This document shows, piece after piece, positions 56,215 to 64,000 of a stretch of 64,000 bases of DNA. Position numbers and translations under genes: made by a program. Location: the NCBI GenBank assembly GCA_039920385.1, contig JBDSDR010000004.1:20125-84124 (forward strand), in the 5' to 3' direction. Below the pieces are notes generated by a model, which saw nothing but the letters and a program-made list of their open reading frames with translations, was not told the origin of the DNA and ran no database searches. The first letter of the stretch is position 1. Each line of letters starts with the position of its first letter. Source of the DNA: Candidatus Saccharimonadales bacterium. Lineage in GTDB: Bacteria; Patescibacteriota; Saccharimonadia; Saccharimonadales; JAUPVS01.

Positions 56215-57021
56215 GTGAGCGAGCAGCCCTATACCAAAAAATCTCTAGGTCAGCATTGGTTGAATGATCAATCTACCTTGGAGGACATCTGTGATGCCGC
56301 GGCACTTGATGGCGCCGATACAGTTTTAGAGATCGGGCCGGGGCCGGGGAGTTTGACCAAACTTTTGGTACAAGAGGCCGAGAAAGTGATTGCTGTTGAG
56401 TATGATGAGCGCTTTGCTCGGGCTCTGTTGCAAGCCGTAAATGCCGACAATCTCGAAGTTAGCCATGAAGATATCTTAAAATTTGATCTAACCAAATTAC
56501 CGAAAGACTACAAAGTCGTCGCCAATATACCGTATTACTTAACCAGTAATTTACTAAGAGTTTTAAGTGAATCGACCAATCCTCCAAAAACTATCGTGTT
56601 GCTTATTCAAAAAGAGGTCGCCGAACGAGTCGCTGCCAAGGCAGGCGACATGTCGCTATTAAGTGTTTGCGTACAGCTGTATTATCAAGCCACGCTCGGT
56701 ATTAAGGTGCCAGCTCATCTTTTTACGCCACCGCCAAAGGTGGACTCACAGGTACTAATCTTAACAAGACACCAAGAACCACTGTTTAAGGGTTCCCCCA
56801 CTGCCCTACTGACCGTTGTTAAGGCTGGCTTCTCGGCACGGCGTAAAACTTTGCTTAACTCCTTGAGCGGGGGGTTGAGATTAGATAAACCAGTGGTTAC
56901 CGATATTCTGCAGCAAGCCGAGCTTAATCCGGCCATGCGACCTCAAGAACTAAACTTGGCTCAATGGCAGAATTTAGCCGAAGCTGTAACCAAAGCAACT
57001 TCCCTGCCCGCAAACACTTGA
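56215..57021 (+). CDS. rsmA: 16S rRNA m6(2)A1518/A1519 dimethyltransferase
   Basis: KKSLGQHWL, LEIGPGPG, ANIPY, QKEVAER, PKVDS and RRKTL motifs. Confidence 0.96.
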   Translation: MSEQPYTKKSLGQHWLNDQSTLEDICDAAALDGADTVLEIGPGPGSLTKLLVQEAEKVIAVEYDERFARALLQAVNADNLEVSHEDILKFDLTKLPKDYKVVANIPYYLTSNLLRVLSESTNPPKTIVLLIQKEVAERVAAKAGDMSLLSVCVQLYYQATLGIKVPAHLFTPPPKVDSQVLILTRHQEPLFKGSPTALLTVVKAGFSARRKTLLNSLSGGLRLDKPVVTDILQQAELNPAMRPQELNLAQWQNLAEAVTKATSLPANT

Positions 57022-57047
57022 CACGTTAAGTATAGTCTTGATAAACT
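57016..57047 (+). promoter_or_regulatory. Promoter with putative MarR operator overlapping the -35
   Basis: Near-palindrome ACTTGAC-AC-GTTAAGT containing TTGACA; TAAACT 18 nt downstream; AGGAG RBS. Confidence 0.55.
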
Positions 57048-57066
57048 GGCAAAGTAGGAGCTATTT

Positions 57067-57531
57067 ATGCAATCTCGCAGTAAAATCGGTTTCTTGATTC
57101 AACACCTGGCCTTCTCACTTGGTCATACTAATGACCAGATTTTGCAGGAACAACTTGGCATCGGCTTTTCGCAATTTAAATTGATGATGGTGCTGCAAAA
57201 GATGCCGCACATTCAACAAAAACAAATTGCTAATGCCCTTAACCAAACTGAGGCCAGTATTAGTCGCCAAATCAAACTGTTGCACGAGAAAAGCCTGCTC
57301 CAAACCACGGTCAATCCTAAGAACCGCCGTGAGCACATTACTACACTGACTCCAAAAGGAGTTCGCTACACCGAAGAGGCTCAACGAATCATGAAGGATT
57401 ACTATGAGCCGATGTTTGCCCATTTAAGTGACAAAGATCAAGAACAGCTGGTTCATCAACTGGGAAACTTGCATGATTATGTCTGCCAAGACAGTGGTAA
57501 CCAAATGTGTCAGAAGTTTGTTAAAGAATAA
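57067..57531 (+). CDS. MarR-family transcriptional regulator
   Basis: QKQIANAL...SISRQIKLL...NRR...LTPKG winged helix. Confidence 0.9.
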   Translation: MQSRSKIGFLIQHLAFSLGHTNDQILQEQLGIGFSQFKLMMVLQKMPHIQQKQIANALNQTEASISRQIKLLHEKSLLQTTVNPKNRREHITTLTPKGVRYTEEAQRIMKDYYEPMFAHLSDKDQEQLVHQLGNLHDYVCQDSGNQMCQKFVKE

Positions 57532-57543
57532 AGAAGGAAATTC

Positions 57544-58848
57544 ATGAGTATTAAACCTAAAAACTTATCAAAACGCGCTCTTCCAATCGTTATCTTCACC
57601 ATCTTTCTGGATGTTCTTGGCGTTGGTATCTTGGTGCCAATTTTGCCACAACTGGTTTTTCGCACCTTTATCCCGGCTGGATTTACCTACAACGAAGCTC
57701 TAATTACCCTAGGTTGGCTAGTTGGTATTTACCCACTAATGCAGTTTATTGCCACGCCGATTCTCGGCCAGTTATCTGATCGTTATGGCCGTAAAAAAGT
57801 ACTGAGTTTTAGTTTAGCTGGTACAGGGGTGGGATATGTGCTTTTTGCTATCGGTATCATCACCAAGAATATCCCACTGTTATTTATCTCGCGGGCGTTT
57901 GACGGTATAACCGGCGGTAATATTAGTGTAGCTCGGGCCGTAATTGCCGATGTCAGTAAGCCCGAAGAACGAACCAAGAACTTTGGTTTGATTGGCGCTG
58001 CCTTTGGGGTTGGTTTTGTGATGGGCCCTTATATTGGAGCACGCTTGGCTTCGCCGGACGTCAGTTTCTTTGGGTTGTTTAATACGCCACATTGGTTCAG
58101 CGCCGCAACACCGTTTTGGTTCGCAGCCATCTTGGCCGCAATTAACACTGTGCTAGTTTTGGCAATTTTGCCCGAAACACACCGACATATTAATAAAAAG
58201 CTTAAGATGGCCTGGACACAGTCAATAAGTAATATCCGAAAGGCCGCCGCCGCACCAGGCTTACGAGTCGTCTTTACTTCAGAATTTTTGTTCTTCGGTG
58301 GATTCACTTTCTTTACGACATTCTTCCAAATATTACTGATTCAAAAGCTAAAATTCACAGCGGCAAACGTTGGTGACTTCTTTGCCTACATAGGTATTTG
58401 GATAGCGCTTACGCAAGGTATCTTGACGCCAATTCTGGCTAAGCGGTTTAAGAACTATCAAATCTTGCGGGTTACCTTTTTTGGCATGGCATTTGCGCTC
58501 TTGTTACAGCTTTGGCCACACACAACTTCGCAATTACTACTGGTGGCACCGTTCATCGCTATGTTTGTTGGCCTTACAATGGCCAATACTTCAGCCTTGG
58601 TTAGCCTGTCGGTAGGCCCAGAAATGCAAGGCGAAGTACTCGGCATTGATGCTAGTGTCCAAGCCTTGGCGCAGGCAATCCCGGCTATTATTAGTGGTTA
58701 TATTGCAACTATGGGCATCAATGTGCCGGTTATCGTGGGCGCGGCTATCGTCTTTGTTGGTGGCTTGGTCTTCTTGCTGTTCTACAGACCGTCTAATCAC
58801 ATTCTGCACGAGAGCCCGGCAAGCCTAGCGGCCGAAGCTGCTGCCTAG
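57544..58848 (+). CDS. MFS efflux transporter (TetA/DHA1-like)
   Basis: DVLGVGILVPILP, motif A GQLSDRYGRKKV, GFVMGP; about 12 TMs. Confidence 0.92.
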   Translation: MSIKPKNLSKRALPIVIFTIFLDVLGVGILVPILPQLVFRTFIPAGFTYNEALITLGWLVGIYPLMQFIATPILGQLSDRYGRKKVLSFSLAGTGVGYVLFAIGIITKNIPLLFISRAFDGITGGNISVARAVIADVSKPEERTKNFGLIGAAFGVGFVMGPYIGARLASPDVSFFGLFNTPHWFSAATPFWFAAILAAINTVLVLAILPETHRHINKKLKMAWTQSISNIRKAAAAPGLRVVFTSEFLFFGGFTFFTTFFQILLIQKLKFTAANVGDFFAYIGIWIALTQGILTPILAKRFKNYQILRVTFFGMAFALLLQLWPHTTSQLLLVAPFIAMFVGLTMANTSALVSLSVGPEMQGEVLGIDASVQALAQAIPAIISGYIATMGINVPVIVGAAIVFVGGLVFLLFYRPSNHILHESPASLAAEAAA

Positions 58849-58883
58849 ACATAAGCCTAATAAAAGTGGTATAATATTAGGAC

Positions 58884-59273
58884 GGGGCTGAATTTTAAGC
58901 TCGACGTTGGTCTTTATCAGTTATGTCCCGCAGGTCGCTTGTCAGCGTTATAGACAAAAGAATTTAGATGCAAAATCTATTTCAGAAGTGCGCAAAGATG
59001 TAGCAGCAATGCTTAACTTCAGCGGCTTCGCCCTAGCAGCTTAATAACTGCTAGCACTTCGCAATCGATACCAGGTAGATTACGTTAGTGTCATATCATC
59101 TGGTTGCTTGCCCATTAGTGACTCCTAATGAGCACTAAGACTAAGAGTCTGCTCATCGTAGTATTTGGTCTACTCTCAGCTACGATGCTAAGACCATTTA
59201 AGTAGACTATACCTGTAGACGGCTAACAAAGATAAACTAGCGGACCCGGGGGCAGTACCCGGCAGCTCCACCA
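58884..59273 (+). ncRNA. ssrA: tmRNA
   Basis: 5' GGGGCTG pairs with 3' CAGCTCC-ACCA including G3:U70; tag frame 58970-59044 AKSISEVRKDVAAMLNFSGFALAA followed by two TAA; TGGTATAAT promoter upstream. Confidence 0.95.
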
Positions 59274-59303
59274 AAAGAGACTCACATTCGTGGGTCTTTT
59301 TTG
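59274..59303 (+). terminator. Intrinsic terminator after tmRNA
   Basis: AGACTCAC-ATTC-GTGGGTCT followed by a T-tract. Confidence 0.72.
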
Positions 59304-59345
59304 ATTGCTTAAGCTTGCAAGCAGGTTGGGATTAGTCTATTTTGG

Positions 59346-59795
59346 TTGGATATGGCCTTAAAAGAACAGTTTGGCAGTCTGCCTAGTGAGCAAGTTGATG
59401 TGATGGCTAATCTCTTTAGTGAGCAAAATGACCCAGAGTCACAAATGTTGTGCGTAATTGAAACAGCTCAGCAATATGCCAACTTGTTGGCCGAGGATTT
59501 GGCTGTCGCCTATGGTGACCCTAGTGATCCCGATATCGGCATTACAGCTTGGGACATAGCTTGGTGCAGGGTAGAGGCAACCCTTACTGCTTCGTTTTAT
59601 GATACAAAGTTACGAATACTGACTGACATCGATGCCGTCATCCGAGACACCAGGGCCGATATCGACCCGTTAGGTTTCCCGACTGACCACGAAGACCCAA
59701 GCATAGCAACTTTTTATGAAAGATTTGGCAAGAATCTTCCAAAGCCAATCTCAAAAGATACTCATATAGGACGAAGAGCAGACTGGGGTTATTAG
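59346..59795 (+). CDS. Hypothetical acidic protein
   Basis: 149-aa ORF; start may be ATG 59352; no motif recognised. Confidence 0.5.
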   Translation: MDMALKEQFGSLPSEQVDVMANLFSEQNDPESQMLCVIETAQQYANLLAEDLAVAYGDPSDPDIGITAWDIAWCRVEATLTASFYDTKLRILTDIDAVIRDTRADIDPLGFPTDHEDPSIATFYERFGKNLPKPISKDTHIGRRADWGY

Positions 59796-59869
59796 GCTTT
59801 CACCCCCTGTAGGAGTATAATGAGTGTTATAAACACGACAACAATTGTCGGTAGGAAGAGGTGAACATT

Positions 59870-59932
59870 ATGTCCAAAGACCGAGGCCGTAAAGAAGTTA
59901 AAAAGCCCAAAGCTCCCAAGGTTGTAGTGTGA
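59870..59932 (+). CDS. Putative 20-aa basic peptide
   Basis: MSKDRGRKEVKKPKAPKVVV with GAGGTGA SD; stop overlaps the next GTG start (GTGA). Confidence 0.5.
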   Translation: MSKDRGRKEVKKPKAPKVVV

Positions 59933-60180
59933 GTGTTCGCCAATCCCAAAGCTCTAATAAAGTAGTTTTCATCGACGAAACCGAAATCGAAGCTATTTTG
60001 CATGATATGGAACTTGATCAGACCATGAACACCAAACCGCTATATGTCAAAAGTGAAGAATCACCCGACGTAACCATCTCATTCTATAAACGGCACACCG
60101 ACTACCTAAAGGGTCACCCCAAGGTTAACCCCGAGCATTACTTGTCCAACTTGCGGACGATGATTAAAATTCGCGTTTAA
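59929..60180 (+). CDS. Hypothetical protein
   Basis: 83-aa ORF ending HTDYLKGHPKVNPEHYLSNLRTMIKIR; coupled to the upstream peptide. Confidence 0.6.
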   Translation: MSVRQSQSSNKVVFIDETEIEAILHDMELDQTMNTKPLYVKSEESPDVTISFYKRHTDYLKGHPKVNPEHYLSNLRTMIKIRV

Positions 60181-60237
60181 TTGTAGAGCCAACCAAAACG
60201 GTCTGCACCAGCACTTAGCTCAGCTTCAAACAATGGC

Positions 60238-60660
60238 TCACTCGGCACAATCTTTACAATAGCCATCAATCTCAAACTGGTGGCGACGCGCCGTAAACTT
60301 AAATTTTGCCGATAGACTGCTAACAAAATCTTCAATCACAACATTGTCTTCAATGTCGATTGTCCGACCACAGTTTAAGCAGCTAAAGTGGTGGTGATGG
60401 CCGATGAACTGATCGGATAACTCCAGCTTATATTTCCAACCAATGTAGATGCGCTGGACGATGCAAATTTTTTCGAATACATCAATATTGCGGTAGACGC
60501 TAACTCGGTCAAGCTTGCCGGCGGCTTTGGTAAGTAGCTCGTTCATTGACTGCGGATCAGGGTTAAGCAATAGTTTAAAAGTTTCGGTGCGAGCCTTTGT
60601 TAAACTGTAACCATTATCACTTAAGACTTTTCGGAGTTTACTAATTTCAACACTAGACAT
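60238..60660 (-). CDS. Fur-family metalloregulator (Zur-like)
   Basis: SLTKAR, SVYRNI, HHHHFSCLNCG and C-terminal GYCKDC. Confidence 0.9.
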   Translation of the reverse strand: MSSVEISKLRKVLSDNGYSLTKARTETFKLLLNPDPQSMNELLTKAAGKLDRVSVYRNIDVFEKICIVQRIYIGWKYKLELSDQFIGHHHHFSCLNCGRTIDIEDNVVIEDFVSSLSAKFKFTARRHQFEIDGYCKDCAE

Positions 60661-60666
60661 AATTAA

Positions 60667-60695
60667 ATACTAGAGTAAATGCAATATTATTGCAA
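60667..60695 (-). promoter_or_regulatory. Promoter of the Fur-family gene with a perfect 7-1-7 operator
   Basis: Minus-strand TTGCAA-17 nt-TAGTAT-6 nt-ATG; TGCAATA-T-TATTGCA palindrome at 60680-60694 overlaps the -35. Confidence 0.7.
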
Positions 60696-60792
60696 TAAAT
60701 TTGATACTGGTCTAAAGAACTAACTTATGCTATAATTAGCGTAGATTAAGTATGCGCTTAACAGATGTAAGCGCTTTTTTATTGGAATAACT

Positions 60793-62616
60793 ATGACAGC
60801 AATCACCCAAGACCCAACCAAGATTCGCAATATTGCCATCATCGCCCACGTTGACCACGGTAAAACTACCTTGGTAGATGGGCTTTTAAAGCAGTCGCAA
60901 ACCTTCCGCGATAACCAAGCCGAAATGAGCCAAGACCTGATCATGGACAGTGGTGACCAAGAAAAAGAACGCGGTATCACGATTACCGCTAAGGTTACTG
61001 CCGTACAACATGGCGATTATCGAATTAACATCATCGATACCCCAGGCCACGCCGACTTTAGTGGCGAAGTTGAGCGGACTCTCAACATGGCCGATGGTTG
61101 TATTTTGATCGTTGACGCCCAAGAAGGCCCGATGCCACAAACCAAGTTTGTGCTGGGTAAGGCTCTGGCTAATGAGCTCAAACCAATCGTGATCATTAAC
61201 AAGATCGATAAACCAGCTAGCCGTATCAAAGAAGTCGAAGATGAATTAGCCGACTTATTCCTAGAGTTAGCCGTCCACGAAGACCAACTGCACTACCCAA
61301 CTTATTACGCGATTGGTCGCGAAGGTAAAGCCTGGGATACTATCCCCGCTAACCCAGAAGCCGATGGCAACTTGGACATTGTGTTCGACGCTATTATCGA
61401 ACACGTTCCAGCCCCTAAAATCGAAGTTGATAAGCCTTTCCAGATGATGGTAACGGCCTTAGCCTGGGACACTTTTAAGGGTAAATATGCGATTGGCCGG
61501 ATTACTCGTGGTCGTATCCAAGCCGGTGACCAGGTTAGTCTTTGTAAAAAAGACGGTACGTTTGCCAAAGCCAAAGTCGAACTAGTTTTTATGAGTCACG
61601 GTGTTAGCCGCTTTGAGGTACCGGGTGGTGTGGCTGGTGATATCGTCCAGCTGACTGGGGTCGGCGATGCTCAAATTGGCGAAACTATTGCTGATGCCGA
61701 AGAGCCAGAAGCCTTACCAGTTATTGAAGTTGAAGCCCCAACTCTTAAAATCTATCTTGGCCCAAACACGGGGCCATTCAAGGGCCTAGAAGGCGAATTT
61801 ACGACTTCCCGCCAAATTGGTGAACGTCTTACCAAAGAACTTGAAACTAATGTCGGTTTGCGCGTCCAAGATGAAGGTATTGGCTTTTTGGTGTCAGGCC
61901 GCGGTGAACTCCACCTATCCGTTCTAATCGAAACGATGCGCCGTGAAGGTTATGAGTTTGAAGTTGGTCGCCCACAAGTTGTAACACGCGAAAAAGACGG
62001 TGTTACCGAAGAGCCATTGGAAGAAGTCATCATCGAAGTCCCGGCCGAGCACGTTGGGACGGTCCAAATGGAACTTGGCAAGCGCCGGGCGGTTTTGCAA
62101 GAACAGTTTGCCAGTCCTAAAGGTGTCACAAAGCTTGTTTATGAGCTTCCAACCCGCGCCTTACTCGGTATGCGCAACATCTTGATGACTAACACTAAAG
62201 GCACGATTGTTATGAATAGCCTGATTACCGGTTATCAGCCAATGGGTCAGGCCTTGCAACAACTTCGTAGCGGTGTATTAATTGCCTTCGAAACCGGTGT
62301 TACAACCCCATATGCCCTACAAAATGCCGAGGCTCGCGGTGTTACCTTCATTGGCCCAGCAATTAAAGTCTATGCTGGTCAAATCGTTGGTCTTAACAGC
62401 CGCAATGAAGACATGGAAATTAATGTTTGTAAGACCAAGCATCTTACCAATATGCGTAGCTCTAGTAGTGATGGTGTTGTGCAGCTAACGCCGCCAACGA
62501 TTTTTAGCCTCGAAGAGTGTTTAGACTTTATCGAAAATGATGAGTTACTCGAAGTAACTCCAAAGAGCCTACGACTTCGCAAGCGCGAACTCGACCAGAA
62601 AAAGCGCAAGCGCTAA
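60793..62616 (+). CDS. typA: Translational GTPase TypA/BipA
   Basis: AHVDHGKTT, ERGITI, DTPGHADF, NKID, GRGELHL and EVTPKSLRLRK motifs. Confidence 0.97.
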   Translation: MTAITQDPTKIRNIAIIAHVDHGKTTLVDGLLKQSQTFRDNQAEMSQDLIMDSGDQEKERGITITAKVTAVQHGDYRINIIDTPGHADFSGEVERTLNMADGCILIVDAQEGPMPQTKFVLGKALANELKPIVIINKIDKPASRIKEVEDELADLFLELAVHEDQLHYPTYYAIGREGKAWDTIPANPEADGNLDIVFDAIIEHVPAPKIEVDKPFQMMVTALAWDTFKGKYAIGRITRGRIQAGDQVSLCKKDGTFAKAKVELVFMSHGVSRFEVPGGVAGDIVQLTGVGDAQIGETIADAEEPEALPVIEVEAPTLKIYLGPNTGPFKGLEGEFTTSRQIGERLTKELETNVGLRVQDEGIGFLVSGRGELHLSVLIETMRREGYEFEVGRPQVVTREKDGVTEEPLEEVIIEVPAEHVGTVQMELGKRRAVLQEQFASPKGVTKLVYELPTRALLGMRNILMTNTKGTIVMNSLITGYQPMGQALQQLRSGVLIAFETGVTTPYALQNAEARGVTFIGPAIKVYAGQIVGLNSRNEDMEINVCKTKHLTNMRSSSSDGVVQLTPPTIFSLEECLDFIENDELLEVTPKSLRLRKRELDQKKRKR

Positions 62617-62671
62617 ATAGGTTACGCTCTGTGTCGGGAGTATACTAAGGGCATTACTTAGGGGGTAAAAT

Positions 62672-63082
62672 ATGTCGGAATTTAAAGAAACGGTTACAAC
62701 AAGCAAAGATCAGGCCACAGACGTGTCGGGCGCTCAGGTAAATCAAGAGGTCCGAAAAGTTAATACCGAGGCCAACGCCGATGGTAGGAGTATGGCGATA
62801 AACGCCATCTGGTTTATCCTGGGCGTTATCGAGGTTATGATTGGGCTACGCTTCGTACTAAAGATTTTAGGCGCCAACCCGGCCAACGCCTTCGTAGACT
62901 TCATTTACTCTGTTACTGGTGTTCTAACAGCACCATTTGATACGATTTTTGGAGTAACCAGTGCTCCAGCCGGCCAAGTTGTTAAATCAGTCTTTGAGCC
63001 TTCAATACTGGTTGCCGCCGCCATCTATGCTCTACTAGCATGGGGTATTGTTAAGCTATTGACGCTCAACCGCCCAGCCTAA
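62672..63082 (+). CDS. YggT-like membrane protein
   Basis: LRFVLKILGANPANAFVDFIYSVT...PF pattern; two TMs. Confidence 0.75.
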   Translation: MSEFKETVTTSKDQATDVSGAQVNQEVRKVNTEANADGRSMAINAIWFILGVIEVMIGLRFVLKILGANPANAFVDFIYSVTGVLTAPFDTIFGVTSAPAGQVVKSVFEPSILVAAAIYALLAWGIVKLLTLNRPA

Positions 63083-63103
63083 CCCTCTGTACGACCCCAT
63101 ATA

Positions 63104-63132
63104 TTGACTATTTATGCAAATCATGCTAATAT
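63104..63132 (+). promoter_or_regulatory. Sigma70-type promoter for the DEAD-box helicase gene
   Basis: TTGACT-17 nt-TAATAT with extended TG. Confidence 0.6.
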
Positions 63133-63283
63133 ATTAGTATTGTTCAATTGAATCCAAAGTTTGTTCGCTATTACTGAGGCTTCATCTGTGACAATCACAG
63201 CTCTCAATGCCTCGCTGAATCATCAGTTAAGCGCCAAAAGCTAAGTAATAACAATCTATAACAAACCAAAGGATTCTTTTTTT

Positions 63284-64000
63284 ATGGCATATGCCTACAA
63301 ATCTCAAACTAGTAACCGTAATCGTCGCCCAGGTGGTGGCTCTGGCTCCCGCAGTCGTAGCAACCGTCGCCCAGGCGCTAAGTACATTGACCCAACTCGC
63401 TTTGTTAAAGCGGCTAAGCCAACTACTGTTGAAAACGAATACGTACCTACTCACAAATTCGATGACTTTAATGTCCACGAAACTATTAAAGCTAACTTAC
63501 GCGCCAAAGGTTTCGTAACCCCAACGCCAATTCAGGACCAAACAATTATCCCTGCTCTCGAAGCCAAGGATGTGATTGGTATCGCCAACACTGGTACTGG
63601 TAAAACCGCCGCCTTTGCAATACCAATACTTCACAAGTTAATGACCGATCGTAACTCACGAGCCCTCATTGTGGCTCCAACCCGCGAGTTGGCTCAGCAA
63701 ATTGATGAAGATATTCGGACTATGGCAAAAGGCAGTGGCCTGTTTGGCGCTGTTATTATCGGTGGAGAGCCAATTGGTCGCCAACTACGTGATTTACGTT
63801 CCAACCCACAAATCGTGATTGGTACACCTGGTCGTATTAAGGACCATCTGGAGCGCCGAACACTTAACTTGTCACGTTTTAACATGATTGTACTCGACGA
63901 AGTCGACCGTATGTTAGACATGGGCTTTGTTGATGATGTTCGCGAAATCTTGGGCCAGCTAGCTCAAGAACGTCAATCGTTCTTCTTCTCGGCTACTTTA
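63284..64000 (+). CDS. DEAD-box RNA helicase, partial (runs off the window edge)
   Basis: Manually translated, absent from the ORF track: Q motif (GFVTPTPIQ), ANTGTGKT, APTRELA, GTPGR, DEVD-RMLDMGF, SAT. Confidence 0.93.
   Translation, partial: MAYAYKSQTSNRNRRPGGGSGSRSRSNRRPGAKYIDPTRFVKAAKPTTVENEYVPTHKFDDFNVHETIKANLRAKGFVTPTPIQDQTIIPALEAKDVIGIANTGTGKTAAFAIPILHKLMTDRNSRALIVAPTRELAQQIDEDIRTMAKGSGLFGAVIIGGEPIGRQLRDLRSNPQIVIGTPGRIKDHLERRTLNLSRFNMIVLDEVDRMLDMGFVDDVREILGQLAQERQSFFFSATL

Noticed and set aside
57544-58848. Tetracycline resistance gene call (tetA)
   Set aside because: It is a DHA1-like MFS under MarR rather than TetR; substrate cannot be assigned from sequence.
59274-60237. Island integrated at tmRNA
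   Set aside because: Only short hypothetical genes follow; no repeat of the ssrA 3' end or integrase was seen.
63227-63921. ORF-track ORFs 63227..63478, 63291..63518 and 63694..63921
   Set aside because: They are alternative-frame or antisense shadows of the DEAD-box helicase starting at 63284.
1-64000. CRISPR array, prophage, integrase or transposase
   Set aside because: No regularly spaced repeats and no recognisable cas, recombinase, transposase or phage structural motifs in any ORF.

Overview
Gene-dense bacterial chromosome segment using the standard genetic code, with no integrase, transposase, CRISPR array or rRNA recognised. The gene content (sortase and LPxTG-type proteins, minimal TatAC, membrane-anchored Clp ATPase, stand-alone PEP-utiliser domain, patchy metabolism) suggests a monoderm Patescibacteria/CPR organism, most likely Saccharibacteria; this assignment is inference. 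Housekeeping genes: murA (HTH-fused), murB, murD, murI, glyA, folA, folC, folD, pyk, pgk, tpiA, pcrA, rsmA, typA, mgtE, a partial DEAD-box helicase, 7 tRNAs and tmRNA. Most notable: (1) at 35.3-43.1 kb, a split Rv1355c/OxzB-like ThiF plus nitroreductase pair with chorismate mutase, Leu/Phe dehydrogenase, a phenylacetate-CoA-ligase-like enzyme, a 7TM-GAF histidine kinase and a receiver protein, a candidate small-molecule signal synthase-receptor system; (2) at 2.8-5.3 kb, a sortase-TatAC locus with two tiny proteins sharing a YGxxxY motif, one with only a Tat-like signal and one with only a LANTG sorting signal; (3) an actinobacterial-type C50 carotenoid operon; (4) a DUF364-GNAT-ATP-grasp operon; (5) many -10 boxes 6-8 nt before start codons, implying leaderless mRNAs; (6) hairpin-rich segments bounded by duplicated tRNA 5' ends. 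All family calls come from motif recognition by eye; no database searches were run.
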